NCBI RefSeq assembly: GCF_006345805.1
Contig: NW_021834016.1
Coordinates: 1-51,684 of the forward strand
Length of the DNA stretch: 51,684 nucleotides
Direction of reading: 5' to 3'
Source: Octopus sinensis
Lineage: Eukaryota
The translations under genes and the position numbers were made by a program. The notes beneath the pieces are model-generated. The model was not told the DNA's origin. It saw nothing but the letters and a program-made list of their open reading frames with translations, and searched no databases. Shown one piece after another: positions 39,612 to 51,684 of this stretch. How positions within the stretch are numbered: position 1 is the stretch's first letter; each line of letters starts with the position of its first letter.

Positions 39612-39878
39612 ACAGAATGAGATTTAAAAAAATCCAAGGCTATCAAAGATTTCAGAACTTTATAAAGAGATCTTACAGCTGTTTCCGGATATTTCATAAA
39701 TCCCTTCATCAAGACGGTGCGAGAAAATGGTTAAGCAATAGTTATTTGAGAATATTGCTTACCATTTTCTCGCACCGTCTCTGATGAAGAGATATATAAT
39801 ATCCCAGAAAAAGCTGAAAGACCTCTTTATAAATTATCTGAAATCTTTCATCGCCTTGGATTCTTTATCTCATTCTGT
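39612..39878. repeat. Diverged inverted repeat (about 127-bp arms, 12-nt loop), each arm with a decayed hammerhead
   Basis: Right arm GTCT CTGATGA A GAGATAT ATA ATATCCC A GAAA AAGCTG AA AGAC. Left arm (minus) GTCT TGATGA A GGGAT...ATCC G GAAA CAGCTG TA AGAT. Confidence 0.85.
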
Positions 39879-39962
39879 TAATTTATACACACACACACAC
39901 ACACACACACCACACACATACACACATATACATTTTCCCGAGTATCTATCTATCTATATATG

Positions 39963-40215
39963 ATTGACTCTCCCTTCGAGGCAACGTATGATTTTGTCTA
40001 TAGTGATCAATGTTCGTGCCGCACATTAGCCCCATCAAATCGACGTTGCTGAACAGGTGCACAGTGTGCCACCCCGTCACGTGTCGAAGTGATCGCAGAG
40101 CAGCGTGTGATGAAGAGTTTTGCTCAAGAACACAACACACCACCCTGTCTGGGATTGAAACCACGATCTCGCGATTGTTAGTCCAGCACCCTATCCACTA
40201 GGCCACACGCTCCTC
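39963..40215 (-). mobile_element. tRNA-headed SINE, family 3
   Basis: Minus strand TGGCCTAGTGG (A box) and GGTTTCAATCC (B box), then GTGTTCTTGAGCAAAAC. Confidence 0.7.
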
Positions 40216-40242
40216 ATAAATAGTGTGTGGTGTGGTGTGTGT

Positions 40243-40278
<36 letters not shown>

Positions 40279-41250
40279 AGTGAAAGTTAACATTTAAACA
40301 GTTGGCGTGTGTCGTATATGTGGACCCCAGCCTGATATGGTGTTTCACTAACAATATATGCGAACTGCGATGAGTGGGCTCTGATGCCTTTCCAGTTATA
40401 TGATAGTCCCGTGTTTAGTAGGAGTTATATCTCAAACACAGTCTGGAATCGAACCCGCGTCTGCTGAAGCACACTGAAAATGTAGATTACAACACAAGCA
40501 AATAAGAAGATAAGAGATCATTACTGCTTTGATGTTTTAACAGTATTGTACACTTGGTTAAATTAAAAATTCAGGATTTATTTAACAAACACTAAAATAT
40601 CACTTGTCTGGTGGCCTTTGTCTGTCTGTGAACAAAGAGTTAAAGAGAGAGGCAGATATATATATATATACTATACTTATGTGTGTGTCTGTTTGTGTCC
40701 CCTCGCGATCCGAACCGGTGACTTACGCAAACCGCGTGGTGCGTTTAGTAGTCACCGTAACTAACTTAGCATTTCGGTAAAACAAACGATAGAGTAGCCT
40801 AGGCTTACAAGAATAAGTCCTGGGGTCGATTTCTCGACCAAGGACCTTCCAATTTCAAGACGAATTATTACGTGAAATGTACGTTGGCAAAACACGGGAT
40901 GCTTTATAAGACGATTGAGCTGGCGTGTTCATTGTTTTGAAAGCGGAGTGCCTGGGTGATATAAAGATGAAAAAATGTGACTTCAGAATATGATACCAAC
41001 TGAATAACAAATGGATGTTGGGAAAGTGAAAGAATGTGTTTTAAATATCTTAAAAAAGATTCATGTTTTATCAGATGCCAAATAGCTTCCAATGTAAGAT
41101 GAACGAACAATTCATATATTAACACAAATAATATCAGTTACGTTTCCTACGATAAAATAAAGAATATACATAGTTAAGGGGTTTGTATATATAAAAGGGC
41201 TTCCTTTATATAATATTTATAAGAAATCTAGAAATGGAGCTTATATATCT

Positions 41251-41440
41251 ATTAATCTAGAAACCAAAGTGTTTGCAACAAAACTACAAATAGATGATAG
41301 GATAGACTATCTGGCACTCACGATCCTCTTTTCCAACGGTGAAGGACCATAAAGTAAACTTAGAGAATAAACCTTAGTGTAGATTGCTTAACCCAGCAAA
41401 GACTGAGTTAGCTGTGGTGTGGAAAGAAATATTAGAAAGG
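41251..41440 (+). mobile_element. Degenerate PLE RT N-terminal fragment
   Basis: INLETKVFATKLQIDDRID...TVKDHKVNLENKP*CRLLNPAK resembles the PLE LKDHK...CRLINPAK motif. Confidence 0.65.
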
Positions 41441-41557
41441 ACCATTTTCAGAGAAAAGGTAGGTTCCTTATTAAGACTAGAAGAAAAAGCCCGCTCCGCA
41501 CAAACCATAGAAGGGATTGATCATGTCAGAAGTTAGGCATGGAGGAGCGATTAATTT

Positions 41558-41730
41558 ATGACATCCCACTTTGAAAGCTATCTCCATGCAATTCAAAATC
41601 AAGACATCTCCGCCAACTACCTACAGAATAGAAGGCAAAACACACTGACACACAACAATTGTAGGCCGTACAAAAGCAGACTGGACAGATCAACCACATT
41701 ATTGTCATTTGCGATGCATCTTTTCTTATT
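41558..41730 (+). mobile_element. Degenerate R4-type fragment
   Basis: SHFESYLHAIQNQDISANYL...NNCR, a zinc-knuckle-proximal region. Confidence 0.5.
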
Positions 41731-41901
41731 TCGCTTAGGATAGCAATACTACTACCCCGATCTACAACGTAATATACATATGCTTCAGAGAAAAGCACCA
41801 TTAAAGTGGAGGAGTAACCAGTGTTGATATAAGTTACAATGGGAAAAAGCAATTATCTGATGAAATCCATAAATCCATTGATTTCAGCCACTCCTGCGCC
41901 T

Positions 41902-42077
41902 CCACATTTTTTCTCCCCTTGTTTCTCTCCTTATTATTTTTTCTGTGTCTCTTTCTGTAGAAGAGCGTAGGCTCGAAACGTAAACACTTTTTTTTATTCC
42001 TAAGCGTTATACTAATACATCTGTTTGTTTTCAACACCACCTGTCTTCCTCTTTTGTTTTTGTCGTAAACTCTCCCT
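41902..42077 (+). mobile_element. PLE pseudo-LTR fragment (GAGC-stem family) with hammerhead motif at 41951-41987
   Basis: CTTT CTGTAGA A GAGC GTAG GCTC GAAA CG TA AAC; homologous to 2891-3066. Confidence 0.75.
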
Positions 42078-42099
42078 ATATATATATATATGTATATAT

Positions 42100-42490
42100 A
42101 GGCGCAGGAGTGGCTGTGTGGTAAATAGCTTGCTAACCAGCCACATGGTTCCGGGTTCAGTCCCACTGCGTGGCATCTTGGGCAAGTGTCTTCTGCTATA
42201 GCCCCGGGCCGACCAATGCCTTGTGAGTGGATTTGGTAGACGGAAACCGAAAGAAGTCTGTTGTATATATGTATATGCTTGTGTGTCTGTGTTTGTCCCC
42301 TAGCATTGCTTGACAACCGATGCTGGTGTGTTTACATCCCCGTCACTTAGCGGTTCGGCAAAAGAGACCGATAGAATAAGTACTGAGCTTACAAAGAATA
42401 AGTCCCGGGGTCGATTTGCTCGACTAAAGGCGGTGCTCCAGCATGGCGCAATCAAATGTCTGAAACATGTAAAAGAGTAAAGGAGTAAAA
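42100..42490 (+). mobile_element. Family-1 SINE, full length (partial copies at about 40690-40845 and 44548-44676)
   Basis: Reverse complement of the 273-677 type. Confidence 0.88.
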
Positions 42491-42681
42491 TTGTATATAT
42501 ATATATAATATGTGAGTAGTTGAATGAATTATCTTGTTATGTAATTCGGTTAACCGATACCTTGGTAGCAAATTCACATCAGAGAAGACACGGTTGAAGT
42601 TACGTGCTTCGTGTGGAATTTGTATGTTTTTTTTAAAAATATAATAATGAAAGAATGGAGTTGAACGACGAATTAACAAAA

Positions 42682-42806
42682 TTCCTTTATTTTCGACATA
42701 TGTTTCGAAGGCTGCATATTCCTAATTGCGAAGGAATATTCGAAGGCTGCATATTCCTAATTGCGAAGGAATATTATGCCGCTTTCTCATCAGGAAAAGC
42801 AAGGAA
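42682..42806 (-). ncRNA. Type-I hammerhead (canonical CUGAUGA) with a 35-bp duplication in stem II
   Basis: TTCCTTGCTTTTC CTGATGA [stem II] GAAA C ATAT G TC GAAAATAAAGGAA. Confidence 0.8.
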
Positions 42807-44332
42807 CTTATGTCAACATCAAGATGCACAAAAAACTTTCAGATGACTGCTCACACGGAGCCCATAGCGATAATGAGTGTCTCTTTAAAATATTCCTTTA
42901 TAATGAGTGACGTCAACATGGTTGGCTGTAAGATTCTAGAAGGTTCTAAAGGTTCAAGGGTTCAAACGAAGTAGGAGAAGAGAGGAATAAGAATAGGAAG
43001 GTGAAAGGGTGCAGTTCAAATGAATGGTGAATTTTCTTTTGTGAATGAGTGCCTGTGTGTGTAACTGTATATAACTGCATTAATGTGTGTGTGTGTGTGT
43101 GTGTATGTGTGTGCGTGATTGTGTTTGTTGATGGGTGGATGTCAGAAAACAGACAGTGGTAAGGTGAACGGTTTGTGTCTGTGTGTTTGATTGTGCTTAC
43201 TATAGATAGAGGGAAAGAGAGAGAGAAAGAGGAAGGCGAGGTATAGGGACAAAGGTAACCCATACCTCACTGGATGGGTAGTAGTTTCTTTGAAGTATAA
43301 AAAAATTTTTGGGCTATGGGAGAGAATATATAAAAAAAAGAGTTATATTAATTAAAATTCAAGGGCTATCTATATTAATCATTATTCATATGAGTGAAAG
43401 GTGTTTTTTGCCAGTGCATGCATCTGTAGGACCTCTCGACGATTGTATTTATTATTAAAGGAACTTTGGCGAACAAAATATGAAAAAGTTCGGAATTACA
43501 GATGCCACAATTTTTCTGCCCTTGTCAAACGGGGAAGATACCGACAATATGGACCATTCCATTTGAAGTTGTATTGCTGTCCTTCAGACGCCAAACTAAT
43601 TTACTTAGTCCCGTGCTGTGTTGTTTTCTCTTATCTCGGAAAGTTGAATAATGGTTGGAGATCCTTTGGGCTAATTTAGTAGAAGTTGCTCCAATGTAGA
43701 AGAAGACGTCGGTTCCCGAAGAAATTTTGCACTGGTAAATGGTGTTTCTAATTTTGGAATTTTTGGATAGGAACTTTAATCTGTTGGGGTTGACATCCGA
43801 TACTAAGACAGAGTTTTTATTGTTATGATAGGTGTAAGCATTGTTGCTGGCATTGGTCACGATACTATTCATCTTATTATCATTACTGTTAATTGTAATA
43901 TCGTCGGCGATTTCTCTGACTATGGGAATGCTGGGATTGTTATTATCAATAATACAACTGTTATTAGAAACGCTGTTACTATTACCACTAACACCACCAC
44001 TGTTAATAATCCGGCTAATATTATTATCATTATTACTATTGTTAACGCCAATGCTGCTATGAATGTTGCTAATATCAATACTATTTATATTATTATTATT
44101 ATTATTATTATTATATGTTAGGTTGGAATTGGTAAGGGCAGTGTCGTTACTCCTTATTTAGCAGCTTATTATTATGGGAGGCAATTATCTGCGATAGGTT
44201 TCTAGTGTTGGAAAATGCAATCCTCACCTTGTGCGAATTGATAGTAGAGTAATACCTAGAATTCATGGGGAAATTCCTAGCTACGGCTTCACGGAATTGT
44301 AAAGGAGGTTAGACCTGATTGATGTTACATAG

Positions 44333-44429
44333 TTCCTTGCTTTTCCTGATGAGAAAGCGCGTAATATACTCCTTATTCCTTCGCAATTAGGAATATGCAG
44401 CTTCGAAACATATGTCGAAAATAAAGGAA
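44333..44429 (+). ncRNA. Type-I hammerhead (canonical CUGAUGA, GUC site)
   Basis: Core 44346-44352, GAAA 44405-44408, C-ATAT-G stem III, predicted cleavage after 44416, 11/13-bp stem I. Confidence 0.82.
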
Positions 44430-44497
44430 TTTTGTTAATTCGTCGTTCAACTCCACTCTTTCATATATTTATATATATATATATATATATACTATAA

Positions 44498-44537
<40 letters not shown>

Positions 44538-44909
44538 TCGGGGTTCATTATATTGCTTGCCACTTTGGCCAAATGACTTCTACTATAGCCTCGGGCTGAC
44601 CAAAGCCTTGTTTGTGTGTCTGTGTTTGTCCTCCTCATCGCTTGGCAACCGATGTTGGTGTGTTTACGTCCCCGTAAAATATGTGTGTGGGGGTGTGTGT
44701 GTCGAAGAAAAGCTGTATCTTCTTATTCACACAATTCGTTTCACAATTCTACATCTTACTCATTGGATATTACAAAAATACTGTATTTTTTATTTTTAAA
44801 AAACCTTATTTTTTTCTCATATGTTCACACTGTCTCTCTCTCTCTCTCCCTCAGTTTCCCCACGTATTTCTAAATATAACCTGTATACCGTAACCCTTAA
44901 ACCTAACTA

Positions 44910-45350
44910 ATACCTACAACTTAAACCCTAACCTAAAAACTCAAACGCTTGGCCTCTCTTTTAAACCCTTCTATCGTTCTAAATCCCTTATAAAAGAATT
45001 TTTCCTGATACATTTGTCAACTGCTGTTTCTTTAGGTTTAGCCATATCAAATGTCCCTTCGTTTGTCCTGTTCCCCTAAACTTTATTAAAATAAGTTTCA
45101 AATGTAGTTGATTATGGAACCTGTAAATGTGAGAATACCCATAGCTACAACTTATATTCTAACCCTTTCCCTATTTCTCGTCCTAAATCTTTAATACGAA
45201 TTCCAAACGATCTTTTCCTGGCATATTTGTCAACTGCTATTTCTGTTAGGCTTAGCGATACCAAAAGTCTCCTTCGATTGTCCTGTTCCCTTAAATATAA
45301 ATGAAATATAAAATGCAGTTGATTATGGCACCTCTAAACGGGAGAATACA
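44910..45350. repeat. Diverged tandem duplication, 213-bp period
   Basis: ATTTGTCAACTGCT at 45012 and 45225, with co-linear flanks (GTCCTGTTCCC, GTTGATTATGG). Confidence 0.75.
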
Positions 45351-46465
45351 AGGTGAGATGATGAATGAGATGAGAGGGTAATAATGCCTTTCCAGATATA
45401 TAATAATCCCGTAAATGAAATAAAGAATTGTTTTCAAATATGAACAGGCTGAAATTAAGCCTGTGAGCAGTAAAGCACATTGAAATTGCATAATTACAGC
45501 TAATTAGAAGTAATTAAAGATATAATTACTATGTTTATGTTGTATTCTCAATTTGTCTAAACTGGGAAATTTGGGATGTATTTTATAAATACCAAGAATT
45601 TATAACTTGCTCCCTTCCTCCCTCTGTCTTTCTTTCTCTCTCTCTCTCTCTCTCTTTATGCACAAACCAATACACATAGGGGTACATACACACACACACA
45701 CATGCATGCATACAGTTTGAGCCGGCAGAACCGTTACTGGTAAAAATGAAAGTGCTTAGCAGCAATACTTCCAAATTGAGGTTCTGAGTTCGAATGTCGC
45801 CTGGGTTGCTGCTACATGTCATCTTTTCGCTCGATAAAATAATACTTATATTAAGCACGAGGTTGATATAATCCACTTAATCCTGACTTGAATTGCGGTC
45901 GGAGTGCCAAAGTTTAAAACCGATGTGTGTGTGTGTGTGTATGTGTGTGTGTATGTGTGTGTATGTGTGTGTATGTGTATGTGTGTGTGTATGTGTGTAT
46001 ATATGTGTGTATGTGTGTGTATGTGTGTATATTTGTATGTGTGTGTATGGGTGTGTGTGTATGTGTGTGTATGTGTGTGTGTAGGTGTGTGTATTTGTGT
46101 GTGTGTGTGTATGTGTGTGTGTGTTTGTGTGTGTATGTGTGTGTGTGTGTGTCATTATGAATACCGTTATATTATGTATGTCTGTGTTTGTTCGGTTTGC
46201 AAAAAACTTTCTAGCATTTTGTAAGTAAAATTTTTTAATAGTCTTTGAAAAATGTAAGAAAAATGTAAGAAAAACAGGACGTTTATTGAACATTGATAAG
46301 GAATTTGCAAGGCCGTTACCCAAAATACACTTTCCAGCTGCAAACCTGTTATTATTGTAGCAACAGAATATATACCGACCCGCCTGGAGCAAAGTATGTC
46401 CAAATGTGGAATATTGGGGAAAGAATATTGTATGTGTGTGTGTGTGTGTTTGTGTGTGTTTGTGC

Positions 46466-46524
<59 letters not shown>

Positions 46525-47262
46525 GTAGTGGATCTTGCAAGCATGAAGTGGTTTCGATCCACCACAGTCAAATTTAAATTGAAACTGCAGCAGAACTTTT
46601 CCCACGATGGAACAATGGTTTTTCTCTAACAGCAGTTTTTACATTTTCCAGATGCCCTTTAGTTCGGCCGAAATATTGTCTTCTCCCTTGACCCTTCCTA
46701 ACCTATTCTACATCAACAAAACCTAGAATAGAAATAACAAGACCACCAACTAAATCTATTGTTCTCAATGGTATGTCTATCCTTCTGCAAAAATACCCCA
46801 AGCAAAAATCAGTTAGTCACAGTCTGTGACGACTCAATGAGGTCTGGCTGACCAGCCTTGGTCAGAAGAAGAAATGAAGTTTACTGTCAGCAACAGTGAG
46901 ACAACGTCCCATACCCTACACATCTCACCAGCTCTAATTCTCTTTCTCTTACAACATCATTCTCTCGCTATCTGTGGATTACTACTAACTATTCGTATAC
47001 GCCAAACTATGTAAAGAAACAGTCTACCCCATCAAACTTTACTTCGCATGCTTTTTGATCTATTATAACCTGTTCATCGAGGCAAGGTATTGTAACGTAA
47101 CGGTAAATACAGATTTCCTTAAAACTTCATGCATTGTTCATCTTTAACATCTTTAGTATGCGATTAGAACAACAAATTTTTAATCGTTGCATCTGCTGAC
47201 TCCGACATTTTCATAATAATGTTTACCAATCAATCTTACCTGGTACAATATTATTTTTAATA

Positions 47263-47478
47263 GGCCACAAGTAGCTAAACACAGAGAGGACAAACAAGGA
47301 CAGACAAACGGATTAAGCCGTTTACATCGACCCCAGTGCGTAACTGGTACTTAATTTATCGACCCCGAAATGATGAAAGGCAAAGTCGACCTCGGCGGAA
47401 TTTGAACTCAGAACGTAACGGCAGATGAAATACGGCTACGCATTTCACCGGGCGTGATAACGATTCTGCCAGCTCGCC
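47263..47478 (-). mobile_element. Family-2 SINE (Meta-domain-like)
   Basis: Reverse complement of 33321-33540. Confidence 0.85.
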
Positions 47479-48575
47479 GCTATATATTGTAGTTTCAGCT
47501 CAGAGCTGCGCCCATGCTGTGGCACAGTCGTTTAGCTACACTGTTATTACTGAGAGCCTCCTCTAGTATGTGGCACTTGTTGAAGAATGGAGTTTGATGT
47601 CTCTGCCCTCATTTGCACCTCTTGACGCGAGGTAGGTTCATCTGGGAATCTCTACAGGAAATGGTCTAGTTTTGATTTGAGAACACCTACATTAAATGGA
47701 CCAAAGGCATTTCCTGTGCTGGTTGCTGCGTCGGAAACTTATTTAACGAGAATGATTTCATTGGTAAGGGTTATCTATTGCCTAATATAACACCACCAGC
47801 AGATTTATCACAAATTAATAGTTAATAAGAACATTGTATTGTAGTTAATATAAAGGAAGATATTTTGATGCGTGTATACGTGTGTGCATGTGTGTATATG
47901 TGTGTATGCACCTGCGGCAGTGCATACACAGATACACACTCACATATATATATTTATGTGTGTGTGTGTGTGTGTACGCGTGTATATATTTTTGGGTTTT
48001 TCATTCGTTTTAGGTCCATTATCCACACATGCACTTATATTAATGGAATATTTTGAAGCCAGCATTTTTCTGAATAAGAATGAAATTGAAGACGGCTGGT
48101 ATTTACATAAAGGATGCTTAGCTACATGCATACAAGACACTAACTGTTCCGTTCCTTTGTTCCAACTATAACAACCTGAGACAAAAGTTTTAATTTTTCG
48201 TTCGAAGGTTATACTGCATCTACTATTTGAAGCCCCTGTTCCTATACGATTGCCAGTCTATCTATATAAACCACGACAAAAACGGGGCGCGTTTTCTATA
48301 GTGCACACAAATGAATGTCTATGTTTATAATATCTGTGTTTTAATGATAGTTCCGTTGTCCAATTTATATTTAGTTTCATCTCACACAGTATAATTCAAC
48401 CTGACACTAATGCAATTAACTTTGCCAGAGAGTTACCATCTAGGCAGCAGTTTCTCACAAATTTGAAGCTGCAGGTTATTTTGCAGCCAGCGCTTTCCTC
48501 TTTCTCCCATTCAGCTCCGCACCATTACCACCTTGATATAACTCTAGAAAGTTTGTATATATTATATATATATAT

Positions 48576-48626
<51 letters not shown>

Positions 48627-48701
48627 TATATACATATGTAGTTGTGGTATATATATATATATTCATATGTATGTGTATATATATGACCATTCCGAAATAT
48701 A

Positions 48702-48740
<39 letters not shown>

Positions 48741-49147
48741 GATTCATCTCCTTCGAAACTAATATTTTTAAAAATCTGTGATAAGACTGTACATCATCAT
48801 TAAGAACTTTGGAAACTGTTTACAACCTATATCTGCCTCTAATGGAACTATCTCCAATATCTCATGAGTATAACCTCACCCACTAAGATGTCTAGAGAAC
48901 TCAAATGTATTTTAGCTGATGAGTACGGGACACTTTTATCTGCTGCAATTTTTGCAACTTGTAATAAGCCTGTCTTTGTATGAAAACAATTGTACTAAAA
49001 CCAATCCATTCTTGTTGCTTCTTTCTCGTATATATATATATATATATTCTATATATATACATAGTATGTGTGTATGTATATATATATTCATAATGTATGT
49101 ATATATAATATATATTCATAATTATGTGTGTATATATATATATATAA

Positions 49148-49178
<31 letters not shown>

Positions 49179-49242
49179 ATGTGTGTGTATATATATATAT
49201 ATATCATATGTATGTGTATATATATATATATTATTATATATA

Positions 49243-49424
49243 CGGCGTTGGAGAAATAATGGAAGCACCTTAAAATTTCAAACATGTTTTATTTTAATAT
49301 GATGTATAACCGCCTTTGGCAGTAATTACACCTTGAATTCTACGAGGTATGGTACCATACAAATTTTGATTTGTTCCAAAGGAATTTGTGTCCATTCTTC
49401 AGCTAAAACAGTCTCCAGTTCTTG
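49243..49424 (-). mobile_element. Tc1 3'-end fragment (same family as 50797-51684)
   Basis: AAATAATGGAA.CACCTTAAAATTTCAAAC...CCGCCTTTGGCAGTAATTACA is shared; preceded by TA. Confidence 0.8.
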
Positions 49425-50219
49425 CAAACAACAGTAACAGATACATAACAAGAATAATACAACTTTGTCAACCTTATGTGAACTCCCTACAGACTCAATA
49501 AAGAAATTAAAGAACGCGGTAAGAGAAGCACAAAATTTTACATCACATAAATCTTACATAGAATAAGTTTTTGGTGAAGTTGGATACAGGAATGTGTTGA
49601 TTTTAGTAATGCAATCAGATGCAATACTGAAACAGAAGAATACAGAGACAACGACCGCCGAACTCACCACTGAAATTAAAAGTGACAACAGAATATACGA
49701 AAAAACGTGAATTAATTCATGAAAGGAAATAATCGGTTTGAAAAAAAGACGAGAATAATGAAGACAATCCACATAGTGCTAAACACAAAGGGGACTCAAC
49801 GATTTGACAAATACACAGCGAGAACAATCTGATAATTGAAACTCCCTGGTAAAATAATGTTTAGAAACTGTTCAACGGAAAGGATAGCCACTTATAAAAG
49901 AAATACGTAATACAAAGCATATAAATAGAGATGAAATATAAAAATCATTCATCTAAAGATGATAGCTTTATGAAGCTTGAATTAAGGGAACAGGAGTGAT
50001 GTATAAACAATACTTGCTTCTGCTTTCGGTTATAAAATGGAACATTGGAATGGCATATTTACGCATGTCTTTGTGAAACTTAAAAAAGCCAAAATTCCGA
50101 TCTTATATACGAGTAATCTTGATTAGTCTATGTAATCTTCTTCTAGCTAAAGAAAGATTATGAAAATTTATTCCATTTTAGAAGGAAAATCCTACAACGT
50201 CACCATATTATTCGAATAG

Positions 50220-50480
50220 TCGTTAGATTTCATTCTGGAAACACTACAAAATAAATTCATCCACTTGGAGATAGGGTTGTATAGAAACAATAGCCTAGCA
50301 TTCTCTGAAACCAGGGTAAGTATGGATGAGAGATATTTAGAAAAGATTTAATGAATAGTTTTGAAGAATTCAACCTCAGAGCAGCCATCCAAAGAAATCT
50401 TCCAATAATCGACATCCTGGACAAAGCAATATTTTCTCCAGAATAGTACTATCCCGAAAGAAGACTCAAATAAAGGGATA
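50220..50480 (+). mobile_element. Highly degenerate PLE RT remnant
   Basis: LEIGLYRNNSLAF...FEEFNLRAAIQRNLPIIDILD resembles PLE GLYRDDGL...NL..VNFLD. Confidence 0.5.
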
Positions 50481-50796
50481 CTACATATAAACAATGTACC
50501 ATATTCTTCAAGACACCACTTCATGCTCAGTGTGTCAAATGTGGTGAAATATTCATTAATATTAACCACCAAACATTCGTCAATTGATATTTTGCGTAGA
50601 ATAATCTCATTTACGGAAACAACACAAATGATAATTAAAAGTTTCACGTGATACCAACAGCATAACATCTGCATTATGAATAACGAAATAGCTGGCAACC
50701 AACCGCCTAAAACAGCTGGAAACAGTAAAGTTCCTAAACGCTTTCATTTAAGTATAATTGCTTAAGAAAAGAAACGATCTAGAAGACTGTGAAATA

Positions 50797-51684
50797 CAGG
50801 GTTTGTACAAAATAATGGAAACACCTTAAAATTTCAAACAAATTTATTTGAATATAGGGTAGGACCGCCTTTGGCAGTAATTACAGCTTGAAGTCTTCGA
50901 GGTAGGGACTCGTACAAAGTTTGAATTGTTCCCAAAGGAATTTTTGTCCATTCTTCAACTAAAACAGCCTCCAGTTCTTGTAGTGATGATGGTGAATGAT
51001 ATCAACTCCTTACTTGTTTTTTTTTAAATGTACAATAAATGTTTAAAAATATTGAGATCTGGGGACTGTGGTGGCCAGGTAAGATGGTCAACTGCACTAG
51101 AATGTTCCTCGCTCCATTTAGTAACAACTTTAGCTGTGGGAATTGGTGCATTATCATCTGAAAGATAGGATTTCCCTCTAGAAACAGTTCCGCAAGCATA
51201 GGATGAATTTGATCAGATAAAATGCTTAAATAGTTTTCACTATTAGTTCTGCCATGAAGGGAAACCATTGGGCCGGCGGATTTCCAAGATATACCTCACC
51301 AGATCATCACATACTCCTCCATGTTTAACAGTTGGAAGAAGGCAGTCTGGGTCAAATGCTTCTTTTGGCTGTCTCTGCAAGCATACTCGACCAGTGGTTG
51401 GAAACAGGGTAAAGGATGACACGTCCGAGAAAATAACATTCTTCTACTGATCTAGGAACCATTTCGGTAGGTTTTAATTCTCTCTAAACGCTTTGCAAAG
51501 TTTGTTTTTGAAAGTAATGGTTTTCTGATTGCAACCCTCCCGTGAAATCCGACTTTGTGCAGCTCTCGCAAACAGTTTTTGTGAAAATTAGGTTCTCGAG
51601 GTGGTCATTAAGCTCTGCAGTAATTTTGGGAGCTGTACTTTTATGATCCTTTCTAGCAATTCGCTCGCACTTGCCATACGAGCC
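50797..51684 (-). mobile_element. Tc1-family transposon pseudogene with DD36E spacing (continues beyond the window)
   Basis: DNAPIPTAKVV...WPPQSPDLNIF(K)HL...WTKIP...SLPRRLQAVITAKGGPT. Terminus TA|CAGGGTTTGTACAAAATAATGGAAACACC. Confidence 0.88.

Larger units (their letters stand above)
42645..44466 (-). mobile_element. 5'-truncated Penelope-like element with inverted terminal pLTR copies
   Basis: Minus strand INSHKVRIAFSNTRNLSQIIASHNNKLL...IYQCKI...FYIGATSTKLAQRISNH...CGICNSE (GIY-YIG). 42645-42822 and 44319-44466 are inverted copies. Confidence 0.85.

Noticed and set aside
40130-40215. tRNA genes (also the heads at 42100, 8448 and 46525)
   Set aside because: A/B boxes without a full cloverleaf; the clear cases continue into SINE bodies and the others are too degenerate to call.
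44890-44940. Telomere-like AACCCTAACC
   Set aside because: Only one or two imperfect units, inside a diverged duplication.
48014-48171. Possible coding exon GPLSTHALILMEYF...CLATCIQDTNC after TTTTAG
   Set aside because: Short, no recognisable domain and no linked exon; needs RNA evidence.

Overview
This is AT-rich eukaryotic DNA dominated by microsatellites and transposable elements. The repeat composition resembles a cephalopod (Octopus-like) genome; that is an inference from pattern recognition, not a database result. Frequent 1-nt indels in repeats suggest long-read consensus noise, so single frameshifts need caution. One host-gene candidate is present: an uncharacterised signal-peptide, multi-pass membrane protein at 23234-24825 (+), preceded by a splice acceptor and split by one frameshift. 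The rest consists of: (i) two nests of R4/Dong-type (restriction-like endonuclease) LINE fragments, all on +, interleaved with long (AAT)n arrays; (ii) many Penelope-like element (PLE) pieces, often with inverted termini next to (TA)n; (iii) three tRNA-headed SINE families; (iv) Tc1/mariner elements (DD34E, DD34D, a DD36E-spaced copy) and a MITE; (v) Tx1/L1-clade and RTE fragments. The strongest signal not explained by the ORF track is a set of about 10 type-I minimal hammerhead ribozyme motifs in the PLE termini. Most have a palindromic stem III, and the core 3-8 base pair occurs as C-G, G-C and U-A in different families, plus an A6U family. Activity and novelty of these variants cannot be established from sequence alone.
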